64,000 bases of DNA, from assembly GCF_964355755.1 (NCBI RefSeq), contig NC_092674.1, forward strand, positions 9,424,001-9,488,000, written 5' to 3'. The position numbers and the translations under genes are program-made. Position 1 is the first letter of the stretch, and every line of letters starts with the position of its first letter. The DNA comes from Antedon mediterranea (taxonomy: Eukaryota > Animalia > Echinodermata). This document shows positions 40,539-54,431 of the stretch, piece after piece. The notes beneath the pieces were generated by a model. It was not told the DNA's origin. It searched no databases and worked only from the letters and a program-made list of their open reading frames with translations.

Positions 40539-43500
40539 GATTTATCGCCTTGGATTTCCTGCTTCCAAATTCGACTTCGGAAATATAAACTCCGATGTAT
40601 GTAAATCATAAAAAAATCATAATTTACGCTTATAGAATTTATTTTACCAAAACGTACTAATAAAATCAACATATTCAGACCCAAATCAGCCAAAAAACGT
40701 TATACATCAAATACCATGTTCCATGATCTTTAAAGTTCAAAGAGGGCTAGAAATGTATGAAATGTGGTTATTTGTTTATATTATTAAAGTGTAGGCCTAA
40801 TCAATATCGGACAGACGTATGACGACGACTTTGCCGCCGTCTTCACCAGCCTATAATAAATGACAGCGATGTAGCGTTACTTGCCATCAGCGATGTTTTT
40901 CGCGTCATTCGAATAAATTAAAACGAGTTTTCCGTTAGGAGGCTTATTAATTGTACAGGCGAGTAGTTGTAAATCGCGTTATCTGTAAATGTACACGCGC
41001 CCGACTAAGGAGAATTTATTTTATGAATAGACATGCGCAGTAATTGTAATTACGAACAAACAAACAAACTGCGCATGTGTATAGATGAAAATATTGCGCA
41101 ATAACAAACATGCTGCATGGACATTCCGACGTCTGTGGTGTGTGCTACGATGTTTTCGCGAGAGTGAATAAGAAGCATAAATAAAACTATTTATTCTTAA
41201 TTATCTTAAAAGCGTATTATATTAACATCAAAATGAGTCATTGTGATATATTAATATTTTATTGACCAGTACTTGTTGGAGTTGTATTATTTTGTACAAT
41301 GTAGGTATTAAATTGAAAACTTCTGTGAGTGATTGATGATAGGCCACTGACCTTGCTGGGCCTTGCTTGACAGCTGACGGCTTTTGAACATATTTTTTCG
41401 GCCTGATTTTTTTCAAAAATCGCATGGTCGGAGTATAAGTCGACCTCTCGATTTTGCAATTAAAATTTTCACACAAAGTCTCGACCTATACTCCTGAAAA
41501 TACGGTATATATTAAATGTTCACTCTGAACCGTAATCATTCCTTAATTGGTTCATAGTAATTTGTCAGAATTAAAACCTGTTTAGTTTAATTTGCAAATT
41601 TTTACTAAATTAATTTTGAATAAGTGCATTTTATAAATGCTATACTGTAGGCAAACTAAGTGCAAGAACTTGTTCAGACAGGCACATAGATTTCAACAAA
41701 AGAATTTCACTTTCAACATAAATTAAGCGAATAAAATCAGGAACCCTGGGGCCACGGTTCGCGCATATCCGGCCCTTTTCAAAGGACCTAGAATTCATTC
41801 TGTAAAAAAGTGAGCAAAACGATTTGACATCTATAGAATTTGCTTAAAGACCCAGATAACCAATAATGTAAAACAATTACAGAGAATCTTGAGGCTTATA
41901 TTTCTCTCCAGCAGCTGTGTTAATGCAGTGGTATTTTAGCTAGAGGGTTTTAATATTTAGGTGTAGGACAATGCCTTAAAGCATGACTACTTTTTTTTCC
42001 TATTTTTGGTAAAATGATTAACACCTAGTAACCCTATAAACTGTCCCTGTGTATAATTACTACAGTACCAGTACTTATGTTTAAATAGGTTTAAAATCAT
42101 GAGATACTGTAAGTGCCTAAACAAAAATGGAAAAATATGGTTGGTTGGTCAGATACTGTAATACGGTTCTGTATTGTATGACATTTTATGTCTAGTATCA
42201 TAATATATGAATTGAACTACAGTGTCACATATGTGGTACCTGTATCATGTAAATAACAGCATAAGGCCTATAATACAGGCATCACAAGTGATACTGTACA
42301 TGTGACGTATTAGCAGAGTTTGCCTATGTTACTGGACAAATTAAAGAAACAGTACCCAGAATCTGCATTAATATGAATATCAAACACACTTAAAAAGGAG
42401 ACTTTTGGCCCTAAAATACATATTTGTGACTTGTTGTATCATAGTAGAAACTGCTCTAAATTACGCCAATCTCAAGCTACCTTTGCATCTTAAATTACCC
42501 ATTATTCTTAGAAGCAGAAAATGCTTAAAGTATACCAGTTTATTAATTTACAGTATAACCTTTTATTCATTGTTATGATGAGGCAATGAATGATGGTATA
42601 GTAAACCAAATGATGCTGATGATGCACAGTTACTGAAAGACATTGCATTCATTCCATTGCTGTATGAAGTTCATCTATTTTTAGAAAATCCAGTTGAATA
42701 AACAATTTATGATAGTGTCTTGACCTTAAGCAATGGGCCACTATTCAACTTGTAATTTGTGTTTTGGGTATTCAGCTTCCATTGAGGAATTCACGTCAAG
42801 GTGTGGTGTAATAGTGGGGCGCCTTTGGTCTGAACTGGGTAATGCTTCTGGCGACTTCATACCCCAAGAGAATCATTTTAACTGGAGGAGTGTGCCTGAA
42901 CTTTGAGGATATTGTGAACATCATCCCTCCCAGGTAGATACTCAGTAGGGGTGATTTAATGATTTTGGTAATTGTCTCAACTGCAGTTAGCCTTAACCTA
43001 TAACCAGGTTGTCAGTAACCATTTATTTTCTTTTTGCTACAATCATGAAATTATAAGAAATGACTTGATAATGTCAGTATGCAGTAATAACTGTTTATAT
43101 ACTGTTACCATTTACTCAAGAGGTTTGCTGAATTAAGTAGTAATATAAGTCTTGCATGCCATCAGCATTAGTAATTTGGCCCATAAAACAAGAATAACCC
43201 AGAGAAGTAAAATGTATTTTATTGGATTCAGTGAGGCACTACAGCAGGACCATGGATCAACCATACTAATACCTTCATGGTTCATCTAGGAAAATTCATT
43301 TTCTTGGTTTGGTTTGGAAAATTGTAGAGTGGATCATATGGTAAAATACCCATTTGTTTTGATTTTGTATTTAGCTTGGCCTGGTTACACATCACAGTAA
43401 ATAGATAGTAGGTGTGAGAAAAAGGTATGTAATACAATTATATACTTGATATCTGTGTAATAATTGTAGTGACTCTGCAAAAGTATCATAGTTTTTTCAT

Positions 43501-45350
43501 GTGAATGTTGTCTACATTAGGTTCTAGATGGCGATTCAACCTAATGGGAAAAGATAAACATTTTGGAACACATGCCATTTCATACGTGTACTACTGTACT
43601 TTACAGACAAAAGTTAAAACTCCAACTGGAATACAACAACATAAACAAGATTGGAGACTTGGAGCAAGTCTAATATGAATCAGTAAAAATACAAGATAAC
43701 TATTGTAATAATTTCAAAAGCAAATTTCATGAAAATGGTACCATCAATATTATAAAAAAAAAGCGGGTGTGTGCAGATGTGAAGATATATCATGCATATT
43801 ACAGTAATATTTACATTAACTGCATTATACTCTAGTCTTCAGTGAATAAGAATGTCTATTGAGTGGTTTTTAATGGTTTATCAAGTGGATCGATCCATTT
43901 TGCTTGATACTTCTAACCTTTTAATTGGGTTGTGCATAATCATTGTTTACATGAGGTAAGTTTACATCTACCCTGCTGTGACACAAGCGAGTTCAGATTC
44001 AGTAAACTACATCCATGTTGTCTGTGTGTGTTGGAGTTCCTGCATGTTGGCATATCTTTCCCACAGTGTAAAGTCTCCGGTCATTTTGTATGCTTAAAAA
44101 TAGGTTTTGTATATTGAATGTTTATGGTTGTTATAAGATAGTGTATTGGTTTTGGATATATTCGTATCATTTTGAAGGTGGGTATACTAACATTACTTAT
44201 TAGTTCATTTGATTTGGAGAGAATAATATATCCCATGCCCGAGTATAATCACAACCTACGTAATTTGGACGAAATTACACAAGACTTTGGTAATTCTGAG
44301 TATAATCCTCAATCCCCGTCCTTGTCCATACCCCCTTCCTAATTTTTGCCAAATTTCGTACTCATGTTGTATGAGACTACTATACAGTAATAACTACTGT
44401 AGAAAGCATATATTAGAGATCTTGTGCCTATATTGTACAGACTTAGTGTAAAACTGCATCATTATGGACAAATATCTGAGCCTATTGAAATGAATTAAAG
44501 TTTATTATAATTATTTTGCGACTTCAATATTTAGATAGTAATAGAGTACTGAGTGTATTGTATTTTATCTCGGTATAGTACGTCAACCCTAATAATAATT
44601 AAATTTTGTATTAAATGTGTTTATTGATAGATTAACAGACACTAATACTAGAGTCCGTGTCATCATAATTATAATTGTGGACACTTTATAGAAGAAAAGA
44701 TTTCTATGGTTTGATCATGACCTGTTTGGAACTATACACTGTAAATTGTTGACTAATTATTGTTGTAACATGAGCGGATGTTTTCAGATGCATTAAATTG
44801 GAAAATTTTTAATTCGTGTTTAGAGATTTAGAATCTAAAATCAATATCTGATATACGAGAGGTCAGCATAAGGGTATGGAACACTGAAACATATGCTTTG
44901 TATTTGCCTAAATGCGATGACCTCATATGAGACTGACATGTGGTACTTTATTATAAACAAATATTTTATTATTTTGTCGATTTTTTAAATAATGTTTTTT
45001 AATTGATAACATTTACCAATTTCAATAATTATAGAAACCAAGAGAAAATTTAATTAGAAAAAAAAATTATAACGGCCACTACTGTTTTAAACATAATATA
45101 ATAAATAATTAATAATATTAATAAACATTTTCATTATTTTTTACCATTGTCATATTTACAGTAAAAAAAAGTTAAATTTCATGGTTGTGGCCAAATGTTC
45201 CAAGGTGTATTTAAACGCTGAATTTTTAAAATATCAGTCACATTTGGTATGCTACATTGCTAAGTATTAGCAAAGCCCTCATAAAAAAAAATGTCATCAT
45301 CAATATGCTACTTCGTCGTTCGACATATCATGTGCCATTTATTCCTGGCA

Positions 45351-45416
45351 TGGGCCGGGTGTGTCTCAAGTGGGCCGGGTGTGTCTCAAGTGGGCCGGGT
45401 GTGTCTCAAGTGGGCC
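45351..45416. repeat. 20-bp minisatellite, about 3.3 copies
   Basis: TGGGCCGGGTGTGTCTCAAG repeated perfectly. Confidence 0.9.
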
Positions 45417-48400
45417 AGTGTAATGTAGTTACTGTTTTCGGGGCATCCTGTATAATTTTTTCCATATTTTCTTCGGTCTTCCAATAATTCTTTTGTGTTT
45501 CTTGTTATCTTCCAAATAATTCTTTTTGTTTTTTTGTTTGTAGTGAAGAAAAAATTGTTTGAAGGTACTTTTTCAAATTTAGTTTTAGATGAATCATTAA
45601 ACATGATCCTTTATTGCTTTATTTATGTAATTCATAGACTAGAGTCAAATACATTTTCTAAATATGTAATTAAATTGTAACTGTATCAGTTGTCTATTGA
45701 TAGTCTATTTGATTATTTTTGGAATCATGTTATTATTGATTTGATACTATAAATAATTCTTTTCTTGGAAATCCGGTTCATGTACGTTACAATTTACTAA
45801 TGATTAAATTATAAATGAAACTATTTAGTACCGTGACTGTCGTAGTATAACCGTGTTGCTTTTCCTGTAAATAAGTTGTAGACACTTCATATTGAACTTT
45901 TATTTATGATCTACCGTATGCGTAGACATCAAATTAAAAAAAATTCATTCATGGCAGCCTACAGTACATGGATAAACCAACATATTTTCCCTACAAGGTG
46001 AGAACATCCCTCTATTGCACAGTGATATTGTCTGTGTCCCAATGGCGACGATGTGGGCTATCAAACCTATACAGTACATGAACTACTGTAGATGATACCA
46101 CTCTCTTAAAGGGGTGGAAAAATGTCTATGTCAGTTTATTCAAATCAGTGGCAATAACTACAGTAATGTGGCTTTTAAAGCTTTGTTGTTTAATTCAGGG
46201 TGGGGGCCAGTGTGGCTCAGTTTATGTATTTGTATCGATACCAAAACATATCGCTAGTTTCTAATCATGTGACTTGTATTGGTTTAGTTTTTATTTTGTT
46301 ACTGGTAATAAAGACAAAATGAATGGAATGTATAGTTTCAATCTTTAACTTGTTGTTTCAAAATCTTACTATAGTACTGCTTTACTGTATGTCCCATGTA
46401 ATGTTTGGTTCTTGCATGAAGAGCTCGGTTAGTTCATTCTGGATAAAAAATACTGTACAGTATATACTACTAATAATCTATACACTCTAGTCTCTCTAGA
46501 CACTATGGATGTTGGAGATGTATATTTCTCTACCAAATGATTTGAAGATTTGCACTATAGTTGGTATAGAGTGCATTGTATGTTAGCAATACTGTTTGGC
46601 AAAAAGGTGGATGTTATTGGTTGTTTCCGTATGGTTCGTTTAAAAGTTCATTGATGCGTAACATTCTTAAAGTAGGTTAACTGCCAATTAGTAGAATCCA
46701 TATGATGGAATAATGTTTGTAATTTTGTTTCAGAAATGCTTTTAATTTTGACATAGTTATGTAATGGTAATTTATATGATTATGTCTGGAATGAGGGCAG
46801 CAAATAGAATGAGAATCACTGGCAAATACATGAGGAGTAATTGTTGTGGTAGCTGCGATTTTGACGCCATCGCCCAATCCAAAAGTTTTTCCAAAAACCT
46901 TTTAAGCATGTGACAGCCCATCTAGTTTTCTTTTTATCTTTTAACTGCCTCTTAATAACTCTTATTTAATACATGTTTAACATGAATTAAGATGGTTATT
47001 GCACAAACATAGGTTAAAAAGATACTGTTTCATCCCTACCTATACGTGAAAGCAATAACATCTTGTATTTAACTATTAATGAAGTTATAGCTATTGTACA
47101 CTAACATCAATCGTAATTGCAGAGTGGTTTAAGCTGGTTGGTTTATGCAAAGCTGTCTTATTCTAGTCTACTATCTTGTTCACACACTATCATATATTAC
47201 TACTTTATAATAATGAAATCTTTCTGACTTATCATGACCAAAGTTTTTTGCCTTTTTACTTTAATGATTTATTAGTACTGTAGGCCTAACTTTTGTACCT
47301 GGTATCTGGAACATAACATAAAATGTGATTAAACATGTTTCATATGTTTACATAGTGATCACATGCTGTGGTCCTTAAAAATAAGTGACATAAAAATAGA
47401 TTTTTTAAACCTGCATACTCCTGTTTAGAATTTCTAATGTTAATTACTGATATCTTATGTGGTGGTACTCGATGCCACACACATAATTAATCTCTTGCCA
47501 GTAAAGTTGATTGTTCGAATCACATATTGTGAAAGTTTACCCCAGTGGGGGATATGCTTAAAGTAACTTCTGAAATTACTTGCATAACTAGAATCCCTTT
47601 GAGAGGGAATTTGTCCTCTTCATGCTACTGTAAATAACAAAAGTAATTCTGTCCTCTAATTCACATGTTGATAGATAGGAAACATTTGGTTTAAAAATCT
47701 GTTATATTATAAAACCCAAATTGTAATTTAACCAATTCTATTCAACATAAATTAAAGGATTGCTGTAAAAATTAATAATAATTAATTAAATAAATTGTAT
47801 GTATATATTAAAATAATATGCAGTACGGAAATGTTTAAATGATTCAAAATATAATAACTAAATAATAATTAAAAATTAAGACAAAATAAAACCTAGTTTA
47901 AAGATATATTTCACCAATTATCTAAAAAATGAGTAATTAATACCAGATATGCAGACATAATTACCACATCTGATGTATTTAAATACGCTAGGTTTGTTTC
48001 TATAGGGTCATTCTAGTTGATTAATTGATACAGGAAGATTGTGTGTCATGTTATTAGGTGGGAGTATACTGGTCTGACGTCAATCTCTTTCTTCACATGG
48101 CTGTAGCCCGATATAACAAAATAAATTAGCTAGTCTTGTTGTTGGTTAAATTGCACAGTGCTATTCGGATCAATGGCATGGTATTTCATGCATCTCAGCC
48201 TAGATGATGTGAAGTGCAGTACATTATTAGTTCAGGTATGATGGATGTTATTTCTCTCACAATACATTATTACTATATTAGGGCATATTATGTATATTTA
48301 ATTGTGTATTTATTAAAATTATTTATTATAAATAAGTATTGAACAAACATAAATGGTGCACATAATATATGTTGGGTATTAATGTAATCTGCACAATTTC

Positions 48401-48605
48401 AAATTGTAATAAGAGAAACTCAAAATGCTAAGCAATAATTTTATATAAAATGGTGAAATGGGTAAAAGATGCAAACTTATTACAGTATAAAATCCTTTAA
48501 ATATTATTTATTGCTTTTAACTGCTGGGTAGGTTTAATGTTGTATTTGTGTTTAAATTTATTGTATAAACTTGTCATTTTTTGAAATGTTTATTACCATT
48601 TTAGG

Positions 48606-48945
48606 TTTATTCAGCCTTTATCACATGTCAATTGTATGACCCACTATACAATCCCCCTGGGAGAGGTGCATCATGGATGCATCATTTACATGTAATTGAC
48701 GCAGGAGTTCGTCAAAAAAACTTGATGTTACGTCACATCAATGAACAATGATGTGCCCTTACTTTACCACCTACCATATCATGAACAACATAGTCACAAT
48801 GCGTCAAAATAGGTGTAGGTTATGGTATTCAAAGGTATGATGCACATTGGACAAATGACGCACCTCTCTCAGGGAGTGAGGGGGGGGGGGGGGAGGGTGT
48901 CGTATAGTGGGTCATACAATTGATTAATAAAGTAAGCTGATTAAA
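48606..48945. mobile_element. Palindromic MITE
   Basis: CAATTGTATGACCCACTATAC / GTATAGTGGGTCATACAATTG plus imperfect outer and inner arms. Confidence 0.65.
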
Positions 48946-49049
48946 TGTTTTTTATAGTGATGAGATCATAGATTGTATCCATAAGTTAATTGAGAGCCAT
49001 GAGTGGGCAGTTTGCCTGTACCATAAACATTACTGAAAGTTCATTTTAA

Positions 49050-50453
49050 AGTGGAGCTACACTCAGACTTTCTCAGCTTATATTATGTTTAAGTATGTTT
49101 AATTGAAAGTGATTACATAAAAAAAACAGGGAAAATACGGAACTATTTTCCAAAAACTCATTTCTAAAAAATCGGTCAGAAAATAGTGTTTTTTATTCAT
49201 TACACTTTTTCAGTAACTTAGGGGTTATTAGTTTACAATACGTCGCGAAACGCATTACACTTAGCAACTGACGCGTTTTAGTCGCCGGTGAACGCATGGG
49301 TGAAATGTCTCCCCCTTTGGTAAATTATGTGTCGAAAAATGGGGAATACATTTTATACGATTTGTTTAGGCCTAAGTAATATTTCCTATAAAAATGTTAG
49401 TATAATCAGGGAGCAACTCCCTGGTATAATTTACATGTATTGTAACCTCATGATTTGCACTGTACAACAACAGCATAATAATCTTGTCATATTGTTTATT
49501 AACTTTAAGCTAGGCCTAGCTAAGCCGTCTGCTCAGCCTAGCTAGCCTTGAATTTTTTGTCTAGGCCTATATGCATTCATGGGTTTGAAAATTCTTGGTC
49601 GTTTCGCCCCATTTATCATTCTTGGGTTTTCTCGCACATTAGAATTGTGAAACACAAAATCCTATACAGAACAAGAGTAGTAAGTAAAGCGATGTGGAAG
49701 CTTAGGCCTGACTGAAAAGCAACTATTCAGGCACCCTATCATGGCCCATATGGGTAGGCCGAGGTTGGGTGACAGCAGAACAAACTTCACTGCTGAGTGT
49801 CAGCCTAGCAGCTGGAGCCGGCCCAAGCAGCATCGGTACATACCTACACTCTAGTAGGCCTAGGCCTAGCTTTATTGAATATATAGCCACATCTTTCTCA
49901 AATCTCGTTAGATTTGACATTTTAGTAATAACTCTCATAATCACATTAATACACTGTGAAACATGATAGGGTCACATTCAGAATGTTTTAATATACTTTT
50001 TGCCCGTCAAAAATAACATCGCGACAAAATAACAGATCGCCAGCTGCAGTAGTGTGATTGTGAAAAATGTCACGTGATCATACTCCCTAGCAAAATAAAA
50101 AACCCAATTGGACCCGAACGGGGGAAAGTGTCTATTTACGCAAAATTGCGCAATGTATACGCGATAACTATACCAGAAATAGAAAGATCTGGAAAAATTA
50201 CATAAAACTACATTTAAAATTTTTTTTTTAGTGAAGAAATTAATTTTTTAGGATTATTCAAATATACCCCCCTTTTGCATGTAAAAGAATAGGAAATTAC
50301 AATGTATCCCCCCAAAACGCAAAAAGGCGTGATTTTCAAGAAAATCGTACTCATTGGAAAAAAATTCAAAAAAATATGAAGTATGGGGGATGATATTTTT
50401 AAATAATAGTTGAAATGTATGAAAAATAGTAATTTTCTGGGTGGAGCTCCACT
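49050..50453. mobile_element. Non-autonomous Kolobok-like element (1.4 kb)
   Basis: TIRs AGTGGAGCTACACTCAGA vs AGTGGAGCTCCACCCAGA (16/18); TTAA TSDs at 49046-49 and 50454-57; no long ORF. Confidence 0.8.
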
Positions 50454-51155
50454 TTAAACTTTATTTGAAGAACATCTCAAAGACAGATATAACATAGCAC
50501 GGTTATTTTGAATAATGGTAGTTTATACCAAATCAAACCTGGGAAGCCAATATGCACACAGATATTAATATGTCCCATTATTATAAAACTCATAACAATT
50601 AAAGATATCAATTGTTTGGTACAATAAAAATGAAGATTATAAAATTAAACTGTTATGAATACCCATTTATTAGGCCGCCATGAACGCAATTTCTTTTGAC
50701 CATATGTTGACTGTATGTAATGGTTCGATTTTCAGCCAATGTAGTATTGGGCAGACTAACTTATCGTTCAAATTCCTATGCAATTTAATCGACCATTAAT
50801 GTTAACTACTAATTTCTGTAAAGCTGGTTTTATTTTATAATGTAATTGCGGCTCATAAAGCACATTAGCTGGACAGACACATTTGTGTTGTAAAACCAGT
50901 CAATATGCATAATGTGTTGATATGTGGCTATTATAGAAGAGCTAAAGCGTGTTTTTACAGTAGGTCACACATGTGAGATTGTTCTACCTTTTTTTGGCAA
51001 AGATCCATTGTAGGGGTATGTTTTTTAATACATTGCACTATTGAAATTGCTCTCTTGGTAGTAGTGTTTAGGGGCTAGCAGTAAATATTATAAAGTGTTA
51101 TTTGTCATAAATTCTTGGAATAGTTTTTTTTTACTTTTTCATTATTATTATCTTA

Positions 51156-52151
51156 GGGTATGTTCAGACCTACAGAGTTATGCTTTCGTATCACAGCCAA
51201 GGTCATATTTTAATGAGCGTCGTAAGAGCAAAGTGTTCAGATTCATTGCAACGAAGTTGCGTTACAAACGGATATGATGTCACTCGCTGGCGATTAACCA
51301 AACTCTAACACACGCATAGACCTACCTTCGTTGTTATTAAAAGTAGTAGTGGTTGGTTTAGGAGTTACAGGCCTAGACCGAACACTTAGGCTCGGCATTA
51401 TCGATTGGTTGTCAGGCATACCAACCAGCCGATCGTTTTGGGGTTTGGGTTTATATTTGGTCTATGACCTAAAATACCATTTATGGCAGAAAAATGTTCA
51501 AATCCCGCACTTGCACCAGCTCCAGATTTATTTACTCGGTCTTTCGCCGCTTTATATGACGACCCCTTCAATTTCGTTTGGATATTAAATCCTTCTTTAT
51601 GAGGATGGCCCATCTGCTAACGTGTCCGCCATCTCGTTGAACACAGACATCTTGTTGTCGGTGCTTTTACGCCAGTTTTTCACTTCCAACCGATCTCTGA
51701 ACTCGGGCTTCCCCACAATGAAATAAGGTATTTTACTTTGGTTTCTCGCCAATGCGCACGCTTCGATGACATTTTAAATTAATTAATATAATAATATTAA
51801 TAATAATACTGTATAGTGTAACAACAAAAGGTATGATTTTTACGCACGTTCAACACCGATCACAACAAATGGATCAGCTTGGCTATACGATGAGTGAGGA
51901 GCACATGTCACGATGTGATGTGGCGAATATTGTAATTTGATTGGCTAGATATCTAACCTAGGTCATATTCATCGATGCGTGACTTTCGTATTGTAAGCGA
52001 CGTCCACTAAACTCATACTTTGAGCTTTCGTAGCGTACGAAATATCAGTGTCGTACGAGGTGGCTTCCACTAATCTTTTCCTGGTTCAGACCTATGGACT
52101 TGTACGCCGCGTACAATACGAAAGCATAACTCCGTAGGTCTGAACAGGCCC
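51156..52151 (-). mobile_element. Non-autonomous PIF/Harbinger element, copy A, with Myb/SANT remnant
   Basis: TIRs GGG..TGTTCAGACCTAC.GAGTTATGCTTTCGTAT; TTA TSD (51153-55, 52152-54); broken Myb/SANT-like frame on the minus strand. Confidence 0.85.
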
Positions 52152-53073
52152 TTAAACTGTGTAATATTGGTGATACTGCCTGCCAAAAATGTATTAATGT
52201 TAATGGTAATCTATAATGACAATGTTGTTTGTGATAAATATGCTTTCAAAAAACAACCCAGGTCGTGGTTCAAATCCTGAATTTGGCTTAGAAACAACTA
52301 TTTTTCTCATGGCCATTTAAACAGCACTGTACTACTTAGTAAAAGTAATTCGAAAATTGGTATAAAAAAAAATTATTTTTTTGGAATTAATTCTCCATGA
52401 AATGTCTTCATTTACCGACCAAAAGCTCCCAGACAGAAGAGATTTAACTCAATTGTTGGTACGTTTTTTTATTATTCATTTTTAAACTGTTTTTTAGGAA
52501 AGTAAATGAGATAAAATCCAACATCTTCTAAAGCTTCATTCGCACTGAATTTAACCAAGGTAACTTTACCTAAAAGACCATCAGTAAATGTGTTGGCACT
52601 TGGATAATTTCACCTAGTTGCATACACAGTTATGTCATATTGTTGTTTACCGTTTCAATTGATCCATTATGTTAATAGAATGCGAGACTGCAGAGGATTG
52701 AGTGATGAGAAAATTAAATGTCATAAAAGGGAAATGATGTAATAAGTTATGGATAAATATTTTGTTATCGAAGATAAAAAGCAGATGTTTACCTTGCGAT
52801 TTTACATCAATCTTTGCCATAAGCTCTTTCAAATACTGTTTAAATGTCATTATGATAATTGTAAATTAGTTATCTAATCTTGTGGACATTTCATTGTAAG
52901 GAAGTGAATATCGACTTATGTGGTCAACCTGATGATACTGCAAATTCTTTCAATTACATTCGGCCTGTGGTACATTGAAAATTGCCAATTTTTACTGTAG
53001 TAGTAGTACATTAATAACAATTCAATAAATACAGTACATTCAAATAGAAAATGGGTCAAATTCAAAGTCCACT

Positions 53074-53136
53074 TTATTATTGGTAATAATGCTATTATTG
53101 GTAATAATGCTATTATTGGTAATAATATGCTATTAT
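53074..53136. repeat. 18-bp tandem repeat, about 3 copies
   Basis: TATTATTGGTAATAATGC units. Confidence 0.8.
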
Positions 53137-54126
53137 TAGATTTTGTGAGCACTGCCCTCTATTGACTTACTAACACCCAATAAAAAGATTTTAAACATCC
53201 TTGCCTTGTACTTTTATTGGATACATGTTACAATATAAGTGAAAAAGTTTACTTATTGAAAAAATAAGAGGGATAAACTTATCAAATCATCTTTGTCAAC
53301 CTGAAAATATATATTTTGCTTTACATAAAAAAGTGTGTTTTTTAGGTTTCAAGTTGTCCGTTTTCTATGAATATGAAAACAAAAGAGTGGATGAGATTTG
53401 ATGACAAGGATAACTACTGCCTTTAATTTTATGTGAACCTTACTGAGCTTTTTGGTAATTTACAGTACACAGATCTACTGCATGATACGAAGACAGAGCC
53501 TACTATCCTCTTGAGGGCCAAACACTGTATCCATTGGTAGTAATATTTGTTTTACAGTGGTACCTCATCATAATTTATACAATTATAGACGAGGCTTATT
53601 TATACTTCCATTTTCATCTAGAGATCTTGGTAAACCCTCTCTATCAATTTAGTTTGTTTTTAGTCTTCTCACTGAACCGTAAGCATGGTCAAAAAGGCAA
53701 TCTCTCTTGCTGCAGAGGCTAAATACACCACTTTCAACAGCAACATACTGTAGTAGGAAAATTAAACACTGCAATGTTAGGAAAAACTATATACTACTGT
53801 ATCTATCATTAAAGGTACTTTTTGCCCATTTCACATTTAAATGATGGTTGTAATAATTATCAGTGGCTTGGAATCTATGTATAGGATTAATACATATTGT
53901 ACCAAGATATTTCATCATTGTTTAAACTTTATATATAATGTATTCTGATTGGCTTACCAGGTTTCTAATTATATTCGTCAATTTAATATATTTAAGTGGA
54001 TCTTTACTTATTCATTGACATCTTTCGTCAGGGTGGTCTTATCTCTGTTTGCTATCTCTTTATATTTGATGAAGGTAATGCAACCAGACCGTGTTTCATG
54101 TGAGTGAACATTTTAATTTCTTTCAG

Positions 54127-54431
54127 ATTGTGGCTGCTGCATACTCCCAAATGAATTGAGCTAATACATACTGGAAGTTTTTGAGCCTAAACTGTCGGAT
54201 CAGGATACGTGTATTAAGCACTTCCTCAATTACTTTTGTTCGGTCTCAAACTAAGTACTGGAAGGAGATAAAAATACGTGCCTTGGGTTTTTAATTCAAA
54301 AGGCGAAAGGAATACCGGTAGCACATACTCAAGTTATGCAGCTAAGCATACTTGACAAATTCTTTGTCGGCAACACATGGTTTGAATTCTTAATCAAAGG
54401 TTTATTCGTGGTTTGAACTCCGATGATATTG
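54127..54431 (+). other. Candidate host exon (5' UTR-like, 305 bp)
   Basis: Strong acceptor TTTCTTTCAG| at 54126 and donor TTG|GTAAGT at 54431/32. No through reading frame; several short upstream-type ATGs. Confidence 0.45.

Larger units (their letters stand above)
23876..40729 (+). mobile_element. Autonomous Kolobok DNA transposon (~6.2 kb without its insert)
   Basis: Perfect 23-bp TIRs AGATCATGGAACATGGTATTTGA (23876-23898 / 40707-40729) and TTAA TSDs (23872-75, 40730-33). Two convergent genes (THAP-DDE transposase and a Cys-rich KolX), the canonical Kolobok layout. Confidence 0.92.
23743..41505. mobile_element. Non-autonomous Tc1/mariner (pogo/Tc2-like) element, ~0.9 kb without its insert; outermost layer of the nest
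   Basis: Left TIR CCGTATTTTCCGGAGTATAGGTCGA from 23743 matches the reverse complement of the right end (ending 41505) at 24/25 positions. TA flanks at 23741-42 and 41506-07. Subterminal TATAAGTCGACC motif recurs near both ends. No transposase ORF. Confidence 0.85.
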
